Assembly: GCA_036744835.1 (NCBI GenBank)
Contig: DAIOHD010000001.1
Location: 464,414-528,413, forward strand
Length of the DNA stretch: 64,000 bases
From: Candidatus Magasanikiibacteriota bacterium
GTDB lineage: Bacteria; Patescibacteriota; Patescibacteriia; Magasanikbacterales; GWA2-37-8
Direction of reading: 5' to 3'
This document shows positions 8,959-19,460 of the stretch, piece by piece. The position numbers and the translations under genes were made by a program. Below the pieces are notes generated by a model that searched no databases, was not told the DNA's origin, and saw nothing but the letters and a program-made list of their open reading frames with translations. Position 1 is the stretch's first letter. Each line of letters opens with the position of its first letter.

Positions 8959-9237
8959 TTAATTTTTGATAATTTTGATAGCTTTACCGTGTACCAAAGC
9001 ATCGGTTACTTTTTTATAAGCACTACTCAAAATACGCTGATAGGTACTTTGTGAAGTATTCATCTTTTTAGCCGCCTCTGTTTGTTCTAAATCTTTTTCA
9101 TGACGCAAACGCAAAGCTTCGGCTTCTTCCAAAGTCAATTCAACTACTTCCAAAAACCTCATCGGTATACCTTGGGGTTTGAAATAATCCGCTTTGGGGT
9201 CAAGTTGTATTTTACGAAATCCTCTGGGTCTAGGCAT
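8959..9237 (-). CDS. DUF134 (UPF0251) family putative DNA-binding protein
   Basis: MPRPRGFRKIQ N-terminus and an HTH-like LEEAEALRLRHEKDLEQTEAAKKMNTSQSTYQRIL segment. Confidence 0.6.
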   Translation of the reverse strand: MPRPRGFRKIQLDPKADYFKPQGIPMRFLEVVELTLEEAEALRLRHEKDLEQTEAAKKMNTSQSTYQRILSSAYKKVTDALVHGKAIKIIKN

Positions 9238-9340
9238 AGGGGTTGAAATTAAAAAAATTCTCTATTATTATTATACCACATAAAAGAAGGACCGCCTCGG
9301 GAATTTGTTTACAAACTCCCGAGAACTCATCGGCCTTCTT

Positions 9341-9595
9341 TTATTTTTGTCCTTTGTCAAGATTTTTGATCTCTTCTTGTACAGCTTTCAATTCAGCGGA
9401 TAAAAATTTTTCTGATTCTTGCAAAGAAGCTAAATCGTTGGTTGAAGCGTAGAAACGACGTCCAGCTCCAAATCCACGAGCGCATCCTCCTGCACCATAT
9501 CCACGACCTCTGCCTCCTCCGGCTCCACAAGGACCAAAACCTCGTCCTGTTCCCGGGCCAACTCCATTAGGTCCGGTACCATTTAATTGCGGCAT
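9341..9595 (-). CDS. DUF5320 family protein (Gly/Arg-rich N-terminus, coiled-coil C-terminus)
   Basis: MPQLNGTGPNGVGPGTGRGFGPCGAGGGRGRGYG; promoter TTGACA-17-TATATT on the minus strand at 9657..9685. Confidence 0.5.
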   Translation of the reverse strand: MPQLNGTGPNGVGPGTGRGFGPCGAGGGRGRGYGAGGCARGFGAGRRFYASTNDLASLQESEKFLSAELKAVQEEIKNLDKGQK

Positions 9596-9830
9596 ATATT
9601 TATAAGTTAAGAATTAATTATTGACTACCGACCTTTTTGTAAGTAGTTCTATATTGAATATATACCCAAAACTATATTTTGTCAAATTATTCCCCTGTGG
9701 ACAAAAAAAACAAACCTGTTCGGGTCTGTTTTTATTTTTTGTCATTCCCGCGAAGGCGGGAATCCAGTGGCAGTCAAGCAATCAAAATGGCAACAATTCA
9801 CCATACAAATCTTTCCACTCTAGTGTTTTT

Positions 9831-10379
9831 TTATTTTTTCCTATACACCCACAATAGACCCATAATTACCAACAACGCCCCGCCTATTATCCTAACCCTA
9901 ACATCTTCAAAAAAACCTTTCTCTTTGGGCTGAATGGGAACTGTCGATGAATTTGGGTCTTTTTCTTTTATTCCAACAATTTCCGCCACACTATCAGGAC
10001 AATCTTTTCTATGACAATACTCTATCCTATCGGCCAATTCCGCCGGGGTCATAGTTTCCAAAAAACCGGAAATCGGTTTATTCCCTATTATGACAAACGG
10101 GACTCCGTCAACTCGAATATCAAGCTCTTTGCCTATTTTTTGTAATAAAGAAGTGTTTTCATAATTTTGATAAACTTCAAAATCATATACTTTTAAATAA
10201 GGATATTTATTTTTAAACTGTTCAAGTAATGCTCTTTCTTTTTCACAATGAGGACAGCCTTTCCCCCAGAAGAAATACAGATTGACATCCGACTCCGCAG
10301 AAGCGGGAGCGGCGTATAGCAAACCAGAAGCGATTATTATCACTATAACAGAAATATTTAATAATAATTTATTGAACAT
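9831..10379 (-). CDS. membrane-anchored thioredoxin-like (CPHC) protein
   Basis: Signal peptide, WGKGCPHCEK active site, C-terminal TM anchor. Confidence 0.6.
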   Translation of the reverse strand: MFNKLLLNISVIVIIIASGLLYAAPASAESDVNLYFFWGKGCPHCEKERALLEQFKNKYPYLKVYDFEVYQNYENTSLLQKIGKELDIRVDGVPFVIIGNKPISGFLETMTPAELADRIEYCHRKDCPDSVAEIVGIKEKDPNSSTVPIQPKEKGFFEDVRVRIIGGALLVIMGLLWVYRKK

Positions 10380-10577
10380 AAGCTGTACGCAATTTTTAAT
10401 TTTACAATTTTACAATTTTTAATTAATTTTTAATTATTAATTTTTAAAATACTTATCATTCTAAAATCTTCACCCTGTGAAATAATTTTTGCAATCTTTG
10501 CAATTATTGTACCACACCTAAAAACAAAGAGGCAACCCTGGGGCCACCTCTTTTTATTTAAATTATTTATTGTTTGT

Positions 10578-11639
10578 TTACTGGTTTAATGCCGCTCTCG
10601 TTGCTGTATCCATAATTCCCGTAGCTGTCAAACCTTTGGCTTTTTGATAATTAACCAAAGAGGTTTTTGTCACATAACCGAAGTATCCGGTAATAGAAGG
10701 ATAATTGAAATATCCAAGATCTCTCAATTTTTGTTGTAATGCTCTAACCTCATTACCTACAGATCCAAATCGAATTTGTGCTGTGAATCTGAATAATTTC
10801 GGATTGGTACCGACAAACTGTTGCCAATTTGTTTGACCGATAGCCCAAGTATAGTTCTTGGCATCAGTAACACTAAACAATCTACCAGAATTTACCAAAT
10901 TGGTAATACCTTGTCTTTGTTTTTCAGTCAAACCAGCGCGGAATTTTACCGTCAAACTATCTACTTGATAAGTGGAAACCGCTCCAGTCACAACTAGGGT
11001 TACCGGAGTAGCTACAGCTACTGTTTTTGTAGTTTTGACAGTAGTTGGAGTTCCCGGAACATTCAACACGGCGAATTTGGTAAAATGATTAATAATAAAA
11101 ACTACCGTACCAGCAGCCGGATCAATGATAGAACCTGGGATCAACACCCATTCATTAGTGGTTTCATTCAAGAAATAAACACCGACATTACTGACATCAG
11201 CTGGCAAGCTCAAACCGCTAAAAGTAATGGTGAGATTATTGTTGAAATTAGTAACTGAATTATTATTGGCGTCAGTGGCTGAAATCATATAAACTCCACC
11301 ACCTATAGCAGAGCCATTGGTTGGAGAAAAATCTCCCAATGAACTACCAACGACTTTGAAAGTCGCGCTACCGGTAAAAGAATTTACAGGGATAACAATA
11401 TGAACAGAATCATCGTCTCCGGTATTGTAAGTCAAAGCGCCGGCCTGTGTTCCGTTGATAGTCAAAGGAACATCAATTGCGGTAATAGAAGTGATAAAAC
11501 TACTGGAAGATCCTCCTCCACCACCTCCGCCGTAACCGAAAGCGACACTAAACCCAAATAGAGAAAAACCCAAACAAAGAGCAAAAACAATAAAAGTTTT
11601 TGCTAAAGGATTTTTCAAAAAAATACTTGCTTTTTTCAT
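10578..11639 (-). CDS. secreted protein with C-terminal peptidoglycan-binding domain (PG_binding_1)
   Basis: Signal peptide, a Gly7 run, beta-rich middle, C-terminal VRALQQKLRDLGYF...TGIMDTATRAAL. Confidence 0.6.
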   Translation of the reverse strand: MKKASIFLKNPLAKTFIVFALCLGFSLFGFSVAFGYGGGGGGGSSSSFITSITAIDVPLTINGTQAGALTYNTGDDDSVHIVIPVNSFTGSATFKVVGSSLGDFSPTNGSAIGGGVYMISATDANNNSVTNFNNNLTITFSGLSLPADVSNVGVYFLNETTNEWVLIPGSIIDPAAGTVVFIINHFTKFAVLNVPGTPTTVKTTKTVAVATPVTLVVTGAVSTYQVDSLTVKFRAGLTEKQRQGITNLVNSGRLFSVTDAKNYTWAIGQTNWQQFVGTNPKLFRFTAQIRFGSVGNEVRALQQKLRDLGYFNYPSITGYFGYVTKTSLVNYQKAKGLTATGIMDTATRAALNQ

Positions 11640-11781
11640 AATTTGAGAGTTATAATTAAAGTAATTAATTTTAGAAAAATATAAACAAAAAATATTTCCC
11701 TAAAGAATATATTTATATTATAATACTTTTACTTCTTAGCTACAACCAGCCAAATAATATAACGGTGGATAACTTTTTAAA

Positions 11782-13293
11782 ATGAAACAAAAAATATTCT
11801 ATACAATTCTTTTTTTGACTATATTTAGCGGTTTTTTGCTACGTTTTTATAATTTAGACAAACAATCCTATTGGATGGATGAGGGCTACACCATAAATGC
11901 TGTTTTGTCTGTTTTAGAAAAAGGAAATACAATTTTAGACTCCGGACAAAATTATTTTTGTCCGATGTATTGCTATCCAACGGCCTGGGTTGCCCAAATT
12001 TTCGGATCAAACGCCACATCTTTTCGTATTCTGTCGGTAATCTTTGGTATTTTCTTGATATTTGCGGTTTATTTTATTGTCCGCAAATTATTTAACAAAA
12101 ATTCCGCCTTACTGGCTACATTTTTTGTTTCTTTTTCTTATTGGCAAATAGCTTGGTCTCGCCAAGCCCGTTGGTATACAATGCTCACTCTGTTTTTTTG
12201 GTTGGCAATTTATTTTTTCTATCAATTTTTACAAGAACAAAACAATCGGAAAAAAATTATTTATTTCATTTCTTCATTAGTAATAACTTTTTTGGCGGTT
12301 TTGACACATCGAGTTGCTTATTTCTTGATTCCGATTTTTATAACCATCTTAGCTTTGGATTTATTGAAAAATAGAGAAAAAATCAATAAAAAAGGCGTAT
12401 TTTTGACCTTTTTTTCTTTAATATTAGCCACTTTTTTACTAGAAACAATCTTCAATTTCGGTATAACAAATACCCTACTAGCCAAATTTAGCCTCTATTA
12501 TGAGCTACCTTATTACTTAAGTTTCTTCCTAGTAAATTATTGGTTTTTCATCATTTTGTCGCTCTACGCCTATTTTGGCGCTTCTGAAGACGAAAAGATG
12601 AAGTATGGTTTATTTTTAGTGCCTTTCTTGGTCTATTTGGTGCTTTTTTCCTTTTTTACCAATATCGTCCACTATCGTTACCTATTCGCCCCAGCTTTGG
12701 GCTTCCTAATCTTGGGAGCAGTCGGTGCTATGGATATTTTTGAAAAACTTTGGCAAAAAAACAAAATCATATCTTGGGGATTTTTGGGTATTATCGTAAT
12801 TGCATTTTTTATTTCCGGACAAGGTGTTTGGAAACCACTCCCCTTTTATATTTTGGAAAACGACAACATCACCACCGGCAAAACAGATCGTCCATACTTC
12901 GGTTATACTCCCCAACCGAATTTTAATGGCGCTTATGAAGTAATCGCTCAAAATTTAAAACCCAACGAAATTGTGATTTCCTCCCACCCACATTTCAATA
13001 AAATATTTTTGCAACAGCCGGGATATTGGTTGAGATACAACTATCTTGGATTTGAAAAAAAAGTTGATCAAGTTATGAATGGCAAAGAATATTATGTTGG
13101 AGCAAAAGTGATTAATAGTTTAGAAGAGCTAAAACAAATAGCGTCTAGCACTCACGGATATGTTGTTTTTGATTATATGTCTGCAACTGGACGCATTCCT
13201 CCGGAAATTGTATACTTTATCCGCAATTCGTTTGAACAAATATATTTTGATGAAATAAACGCTTATAGTAAAATCTGGGTTTATAAATTCTAA
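11782..13293 (+). CDS. GT39/ArnT/PMT-like membrane glycosyltransferase
   Basis: First extracytoplasmic loop YWMDEGYT (DE motif), about 11 TM, C-terminal soluble domain. Confidence 0.55.
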   Translation: MKQKIFYTILFLTIFSGFLLRFYNLDKQSYWMDEGYTINAVLSVLEKGNTILDSGQNYFCPMYCYPTAWVAQIFGSNATSFRILSVIFGIFLIFAVYFIVRKLFNKNSALLATFFVSFSYWQIAWSRQARWYTMLTLFFWLAIYFFYQFLQEQNNRKKIIYFISSLVITFLAVLTHRVAYFLIPIFITILALDLLKNREKINKKGVFLTFFSLILATFLLETIFNFGITNTLLAKFSLYYELPYYLSFFLVNYWFFIILSLYAYFGASEDEKMKYGLFLVPFLVYLVLFSFFTNIVHYRYLFAPALGFLILGAVGAMDIFEKLWQKNKIISWGFLGIIVIAFFISGQGVWKPLPFYILENDNITTGKTDRPYFGYTPQPNFNGAYEVIAQNLKPNEIVISSHPHFNKIFLQQPGYWLRYNYLGFEKKVDQVMNGKEYYVGAKVINSLEELKQIASSTHGYVVFDYMSATGRIPPEIVYFIRNSFEQIYFDEINAYSKIWVYKF

Positions 13294-13298
13294 AACTT

Positions 13299-14333
13299 AT
13301 GGCTTGGCTTCAAAAAATTCTACACTTTCTCAAATCAATCAATTACATCCTCGTTTTGGCCTGGGTACTGCCTATTGGTATTCTTTTGACAATCCTCTAC
13401 CTCAATTTTCTGCCTTTTGGTTATGAAAAAACCTTGACCATACATGCAGGAACCGAGGGAGACGATAAAGGCGAATTTTATTTGGAAAAAAATTCTATCT
13501 TAGGCGCTCGACAATCCATTGACGGAAAAAACTTCCGTTACCTTGATGGTTTAGTTTATGCGGTCTATAAACCAAAAGCTGTTTTGCAAAATGCGACTAT
13601 AGAAGCTACTGTTGAGGGAAAAGGTGTTTCTTTTATCCTCCCGCCTGATTTGGAAAATGTTGCTTGGGATTATATTTGGGACGCACAAACTATAGCTCGA
13701 GATTTCAAAACCTCTTCAACTATTGTTATAAAAGACGACTGTCTGTATTTTGATGGTAATACCAGGTATGAATTACCAAATACAGCTGATAAATTTGAAG
13801 ACGGACCTTTTGCGGTTTATGTGGAATGGATTCCAGAAGTGGCTACAAATTCACAACAAATCGTCGGCCATTTCAATTGGGAGATCGCTCAAAATAAAGA
13901 TAATATTAGTTTTCAAGTTGGACGTATGGACACTTCTACCGGACCAACGTTTAAAATTTCTTATCCGATTAACGAAAGTTTCTTTAATCAAAAGCACATT
14001 TTATTGGCAATTTATAATCCAATTGGTGAAAATAATACTGATGGATATGCTGAACTTTTTGTGGATAATATTTTTACCGGAAAGGTTATTTTTGGAGATA
14101 GGACTATTTTGAAAAATTATGGTAAATCAAACCTGGGAATTGGTTGGAGCACACGCAATGCTCATAAAAATCTTTTTTTTAAAGGAAGTATTTATCATAT
14201 TAAATTAATTTCTACTAATTTAAATTCCCAATTAACAAATACTTGGAATTTTAAGTTTGAAGAAAAAAATATAAAAATTCCTGTTTGGGGAACTGGTGAA
14301 TTATATAAAATTAAAATAAAAGTAACAAAATAA
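13299..14333 (+). CDS. exported hypothetical protein, concanavalin/LamG-like
   Basis: N-terminal TM; beta-rich; weak LamG-like features. Confidence 0.3.
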   Translation: MAWLQKILHFLKSINYILVLAWVLPIGILLTILYLNFLPFGYEKTLTIHAGTEGDDKGEFYLEKNSILGARQSIDGKNFRYLDGLVYAVYKPKAVLQNATIEATVEGKGVSFILPPDLENVAWDYIWDAQTIARDFKTSSTIVIKDDCLYFDGNTRYELPNTADKFEDGPFAVYVEWIPEVATNSQQIVGHFNWEIAQNKDNISFQVGRMDTSTGPTFKISYPINESFFNQKHILLAIYNPIGENNTDGYAELFVDNIFTGKVIFGDRTILKNYGKSNLGIGWSTRNAHKNLFFKGSIYHIKLISTNLNSQLTNTWNFKFEEKNIKIPVWGTGELYKIKIKVTK

Positions 14334-14334
14334 A

Positions 14335-16341
14335 ATGGAAAATTTCTTATTAAAATACAGAAAATCTTTTTTGATTCTGTTTCAGAATCTCTTTTTTATA
14401 TTTATAGGATTAATTATTTTAAATAATTTTTCCATTCTTATTATAGACAAATTTATTAATATTGCGTGGCTAATTTCATTATCTATTATTGCCTTGTTCG
14501 TTTGGTTTTTCTTTTTTATCCAAAAAAATGAACTTTATTATAGAAAAAAAACTAAAATTTTCTTTAAATATGGTTTGTTATTTGGATTGTGTCTGGTAAC
14601 ATTGTCTTCCCTGAACTTTGAATTTATAAATAATATTACGTTCTTTAACAATATTATCTTTTTTCTTAATAAACAAGCTGTGATTTTGACTGTTTTGTCT
14701 ATAAATCTGGGTTTCTTCACTTTTTACTTTAATAAAGAAAAAATTGGACAAATAATAGAGAAGCAGCAAGAGAAAGAAGATACTGAAGAACAAGAAAGAA
14801 TGGCTTCTTTGTCTAAAAATTTTCCAAAAATATCTACTCTTCCGCTATTAAAAAATTTATTGAGTTGGATTAATAAAGAAGGTTTTGGATACGTTACTTT
14901 ATTAATCTTTTCTCTAACATTATTTTGTATAATTTATTTAATAAACATATCATACACAAAATTCATTGACATCGACGAAACACGGTTATTTTATGATGCA
15001 ACGCTAATTTTAAACGGCTTTAAACCCTTCACTGATTTTGTAGCCAGAGCTCCTTTTGTTATATACTTTTTGTCAACTTTTATATACTTTTTTGGCCAAA
15101 AATTACTTCCTTTATATATATTATCCGTAATCTTGGTTTTATCTATTTTATTATTATCTTATTTCTTAATTAAAAGATTATACAACAAAAAAATTGGGAT
15201 AATCAGCGTAATCGTTTTTGGTTCAGCTCCAATAATACTAAACCTGCTTTATGTGAAAACACAAACTTTCTCCGTTTTTTTAATGTTGCTATCAGCGCTA
15301 CTCTTTGATAATTATCTTCTAAAAAATAAGAGGCTTTATTTTTTTATTAGTTTATTATTATTTCTCTTTTCGTTATTTACAAGGATTTCTTGCATAGTCT
15401 ATTTATTAATTCATATTTCACTATTCATAAAACGCAAAGAATTTAATATTCGACAAATAATAAAGACTTTTTCTTTATATTGTCTGGTTTTTATAATTTT
15501 TATATTAATAAATTCATTCTTTTTTCAAGGAGAAAAATCTAATGCGATTGGTCTATCGTCTTCTTCTAATTTAACATTCGATCTCAAAGAAGCAGACATA
15601 GCGCGACTAAGGCTCATTCCTGTTTACCTCTCTTCCTCTTTTGTTCTTTTTATTATTTTAAGCACACTCTCACTTCTATTTTCTGTTCCTTTTATATCTA
15701 ACAAAAAAAATAGGACTGTCTATGTGTTGCCGATTTTTGCAATTTTAATTTATATTTCATTATATACTTACAACATTCTAAGACAACATGGTTTTTGGCC
15801 ACAATATTTAATGGAATTTAGTTTTTTTTATATCATCCTTGTTAGTATTTTTTTGTATAAAATGTTTATTCTTTTCGAGCAAAAATATTTTAAATATTCT
15901 TTATTTATAATATTAATTCTATTTCTAATAATATCCCACATCCATTCCTATACATATCTTAAAAACGATGCCGGTTGGATAGACAAGGATGTTGCATCTG
16001 AAGTTTCTGTATATATAAATCAAAAAACAGACCCCGCTGATTATATTTTTGGAGGCGTCCCAATTTATTCGTTTCTATCCAACAGAAGAAATATATTAAA
16101 TTTATCCCACTCTTACTATAATGAAAATTCAGTATTGACCGTTACAGATTTTATAAAATACAATCCACCAAAATTTATTATTAGCGATATTTATTTAAGA
16201 AAATACTATATTACCAATGATAATTTCAAACAAGTTCTTGATGACAAATACGAACTGCTTAAAATTTTTGCTATCGGACCTAATAAAAGTATTTCTGATG
16301 TTGAAGTTTATGGATTAAAGACTAATCCGCTTTCTTTTTAG
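14335..16341 (+). CDS. large polytopic membrane protein (second GT39/GT83-like candidate)
   Basis: 668 aa, more than 12 TM; directly follows the GT39 gene and the exported protein. Confidence 0.4.
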   Translation: MENFLLKYRKSFLILFQNLFFIFIGLIILNNFSILIIDKFINIAWLISLSIIALFVWFFFFIQKNELYYRKKTKIFFKYGLLFGLCLVTLSSLNFEFINNITFFNNIIFFLNKQAVILTVLSINLGFFTFYFNKEKIGQIIEKQQEKEDTEEQERMASLSKNFPKISTLPLLKNLLSWINKEGFGYVTLLIFSLTLFCIIYLINISYTKFIDIDETRLFYDATLILNGFKPFTDFVARAPFVIYFLSTFIYFFGQKLLPLYILSVILVLSILLLSYFLIKRLYNKKIGIISVIVFGSAPIILNLLYVKTQTFSVFLMLLSALLFDNYLLKNKRLYFFISLLLFLFSLFTRISCIVYLLIHISLFIKRKEFNIRQIIKTFSLYCLVFIIFILINSFFFQGEKSNAIGLSSSSNLTFDLKEADIARLRLIPVYLSSSFVLFIILSTLSLLFSVPFISNKKNRTVYVLPIFAILIYISLYTYNILRQHGFWPQYLMEFSFFYIILVSIFLYKMFILFEQKYFKYSLFIILILFLIISHIHSYTYLKNDAGWIDKDVASEVSVYINQKTDPADYIFGGVPIYSFLSNRRNILNLSHSYYNENSVLTVTDFIKYNPPKFIISDIYLRKYYITNDNFKQVLDDKYELLKIFAIGPNKSISDVEVYGLKTNPLSF

Positions 16342-17194
16342 CAATAAAAATTATCGGGTAGTATAGATCAAATTTGATAAATAACCACGATACAAAACGA
16401 GTGATTCTTGTCTTTCTTAAAAAACCTATACACCTCCCTAAAAACTTATTACTAGTCCAATGCTTTTTTATCCTTTCCTCGGATAAATTTTTTTTGAAGT
16501 TTTTTTCTCCTAAATCCAATATTTCTAATCCCAGCTGTTTAGACCAATTTTTTATTTTCTTTAGAGTTATAAACTGAAGATTGTCTATAAAATTTGTATT
16601 TCTTCTAAAAATTTTAACATACCACTTAGCCATTTTTTTGTTTAGAAAAGGAAGCCAAAACAAACCAAAATGCCCTTCCCAAAACGAATGGTAATTGGGA
16701 ATAACAAAATAAATTATTCCTTCTTTTTTTAATACCCTTTTACATTCTTCCAACACCTTCAAAGGATTTTGTGTATGTTCCAAAACTTGAAACGAAACAA
16801 TCAAATCAAATGTTTCGTCACTATAAGGTAATTTTTCTCCAAAACCTTTTTTTATACAACTTTCCACACCATTCTTCTCAAAAAGTATTTCTGAAGCTTT
16901 AAGTGAATTATCCTCGGGTTCAATACCAAAAGCCTCAATACCTTTTTTTCTTAAATACATTACCAACATTCCTGATCCGGAGCCAATCTCTAATATTTTT
17001 TTATTTTTTAGTTGTTCTTCGTTAAAAATTTGCTTGACCCTTTCATATCTTTCTTCAATTCTTTCCAAATTAAACTGATTTTCTGCACCAAAGTCAACAT
17101 TTGCTTCTAAATTTTTACAAACATTTTTATAATCAACTTTAATATAATTTTTTATAAGATTTATACTTTCTTCCGGTATTATAATTTCTGACAT
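16322..17194 (-). CDS. class I SAM-dependent methyltransferase
   Basis: ILEIGSGSGMLVMYL motif I. Confidence 0.6.
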   Translation of the reverse strand: MSEIIIPEESINLIKNYIKVDYKNVCKNLEANVDFGAENQFNLERIEERYERVKQIFNEEQLKNKKILEIGSGSGMLVMYLRKKGIEAFGIEPEDNSLKASEILFEKNGVESCIKKGFGEKLPYSDETFDLIVSFQVLEHTQNPLKVLEECKRVLKKEGIIYFVIPNYHSFWEGHFGLFWLPFLNKKMAKWYVKIFRRNTNFIDNLQFITLKKIKNWSKQLGLEILDLGEKNFKKNLSEERIKKHWTSNKFLGRCIGFLRKTRITRFVSWLFIKFDLYYPIIFIAKKKAD

Positions 17195-17204
17195 ATCACT
17201 TTAA

Positions 17205-18152
17205 TTATTTTTTTAATATAAAGACTATTCCACCTAAACTATTAATTATCACCAAAATCGAAAAAGACAAAAAAGCGGCGGCAACAGCCAAAGTGGAAGA
17301 AAGGCCTATGCTGATAAAGAAAAACACAAACGAGGCCTCTCTTAAACCTATTCCGCTAATTGATATTGGCAACATTATAAAAAGTGTAGTGATAGAATAC
17401 AAAAGAAAAACAAACCAAATACTTAACTGGACACCCAAAGCACTAATTATAAAAAATGTATACAAAATCGATAAAAACTGAAAAACAAAAGATAGAACTA
17501 ATGCAAAAAAAATATCTTTGGAAAAATCTTTATAAACTGTCATGGCCTCATAATATTTTAATAGAGTACTTCTAAATTTACCTCGTGTTAAATAATCTCT
17601 TAAACGTAATGAATTTCTTGTCAAAAAAAATAAAAAAAAGAAACCTAAAACAACAACAAATATCAATATGGCTAAAATGATTATTTTTGGTGGGTAATCA
17701 AATTTTGTACCAGCAACAGCTCCAGCAAACGATAAACAACTTAGTGCAAAAAATCCTAAACATCTGTCAAAAAAAATTGAAGCTAGCGTCTTTTCAAACG
17801 GAGCCCCGTCATTACTGACAATCTTTGCTCTTACAAAATCTCCGCCTATAACCGTAGGTAGAAAAGTATTAAAAAACATACCTGAATAATAAGCGCTACA
17901 TGATTTACCCAAAGAAACTTCGATATTTTGTTTTCTAAGAAGAATTTTCCATTTAATACTGCTTACTATAATACCTATATAGATAATAACGACTGAAAAA
18001 AACAAGTAGTATAAGTTAACGTTTTTAAGCACAACTACCAATCTATAAAAATCTATTGAATGTAGAATAAAAAATAAAACTAGCAATGATATTGCTGCCT
18101 TTATAAAAATTTTTATCTTTTTATCAATCATATCTCGCTTATTGAATAGCAA
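17205..18152 (-). CDS. flippase-like / lysylphosphatidylglycerol synthase TM-domain family protein (UPF0104)
   Basis: FLPTVIGGDFVRAKI motif; about 8 TM. Confidence 0.5.
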   Translation of the reverse strand: MLFNKRDMIDKKIKIFIKAAISLLVLFFILHSIDFYRLVVVLKNVNLYYLFFSVVIIYIGIIVSSIKWKILLRKQNIEVSLGKSCSAYYSGMFFNTFLPTVIGGDFVRAKIVSNDGAPFEKTLASIFFDRCLGFFALSCLSFAGAVAGTKFDYPPKIIILAILIFVVVLGFFFLFFLTRNSLRLRDYLTRGKFRSTLLKYYEAMTVYKDFSKDIFFALVLSFVFQFLSILYTFFIISALGVQLSIWFVFLLYSITTLFIMLPISISGIGLREASFVFFFISIGLSSTLAVAAAFLSFSILVIINSLGGIVFILKK

Positions 18153-19459
18153 TATTTGCCACTTGGTAAAGGTGGTATATCATCCACAAAAACCCATCTT
18201 ATAACTAAATTATCATCTGACATTTCACCACGAATACAGGTTTCAATTTTTTCTTTTTGTTCTTCAAAAGAATTTTTATTTTTTAAAACCACTTTTATTT
18301 CAAGTAAATCTAAACTTTTTTGGATCAGTTGATATTTAAAAAAACAATTTTTATTAAAGGTAATTCCTACAAAAAGAATAAAAAACTCACAAGGAATCAT
18401 TTTGCCACTTTTTGTTTTTAACATATTCATTTCTCTACCTTCAATTTTCTCCAATTTCCCATAATTTGTCGAGAGTGTTGCCATATCACCAATATTATAC
18501 CTGATCAAAGGCATAATAAAATTATTAAGTGTTGTGATATAAACTTTACCAGACTGTTTTGATAAAACGGCTTTTTCATCATGATCTAATACTTCCACAT
18601 AATTGTTCCAAAAATTTATTCTTAATTCTCCACTATCATCGTTTGAACAGGCTATATTTCCCGCTTCCCTCGAACCATATCTATTAAAGACCTTGCAGCC
18701 GAAAACTTCCTCAATGTCTTTTTTAATTTCAAAATACAATGTGCCAGCAGATGTTGTTATACTTCTCGGAAAAAATATCTTTATTTGTCTATTCTTAATA
18801 AATCTCGCTAATTCATGTAGCGGATGGACATACGACTCTACAGAATTTGGTTTAAATTTATTCCATTTTAATACAAAATTGGTCAAAGATGTTTCAGATA
18901 ACTTAAAAGCATTTATCTCCGTACGATTATATATCCAATTTCTAACTCGAATAGAAAATTTCTCTTTTCCCTCCAACAAATCTCTTTCTGAACCCCACAA
19001 ACGTAATTCTTTATCGCCCACATTCTGACCATTATTTTTTTTAATAAAAAGTTTATCGGCCGTATTCCATTCATTATAATACTTATCCTGAAAAAAACTG
19101 ATGGGTTCACCTGTAGATCCTCCGGAAAGGTTTTCGTAAGCCCCTCTTCTTTTAATTCTAGAAATTAAATTCTTTTCCTCTCTTCTAATAATTTGTTTTG
19201 TTAAAATTGGAATTTTATCAAAATTTTCCAAAAATACTTCGTTGTTTTTTACAACACCCGCTTCTTTTAAAACTCTTTCATAATAAGGAACATTTTGGGA
19301 AGCATAAAGCAATAAAACTTTTAATTTGTTTTCTTGATATTGTTTTTGTTGTTCAATAGGGGCTGAGGATATTTTTTTAATTTCTTTAAAATAACGTGGT
19401 ATTTTACTGCCAGTTATGTAAAGTAAAAAATATATTAAAGGTTTTCTCCAATTAAACAT
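18128..19459 (-). CDS. phenylacetate-CoA ligase / CapK-like adenylate-forming enzyme
   Basis: GGSTGEPISF P-loop-like AMP-binding motif. Confidence 0.5.
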   Translation of the reverse strand: MFNWRKPLIYFLLYITGSKIPRYFKEIKKISSAPIEQQKQYQENKLKVLLLYASQNVPYYERVLKEAGVVKNNEVFLENFDKIPILTKQIIRREEKNLISRIKRRGAYENLSGGSTGEPISFFQDKYYNEWNTADKLFIKKNNGQNVGDKELRLWGSERDLLEGKEKFSIRVRNWIYNRTEINAFKLSETSLTNFVLKWNKFKPNSVESYVHPLHELARFIKNRQIKIFFPRSITTSAGTLYFEIKKDIEEVFGCKVFNRYGSREAGNIACSNDDSGELRINFWNNYVEVLDHDEKAVLSKQSGKVYITTLNNFIMPLIRYNIGDMATLSTNYGKLEKIEGREMNMLKTKSGKMIPCEFFILFVGITFNKNCFFKYQLIQKSLDLLEIKVVLKNKNSFEEQKEKIETCIRGEMSDDNLVIRWVFVDDIPPLPSGKYCYSISEI

Positions 19460-19460
19460 A

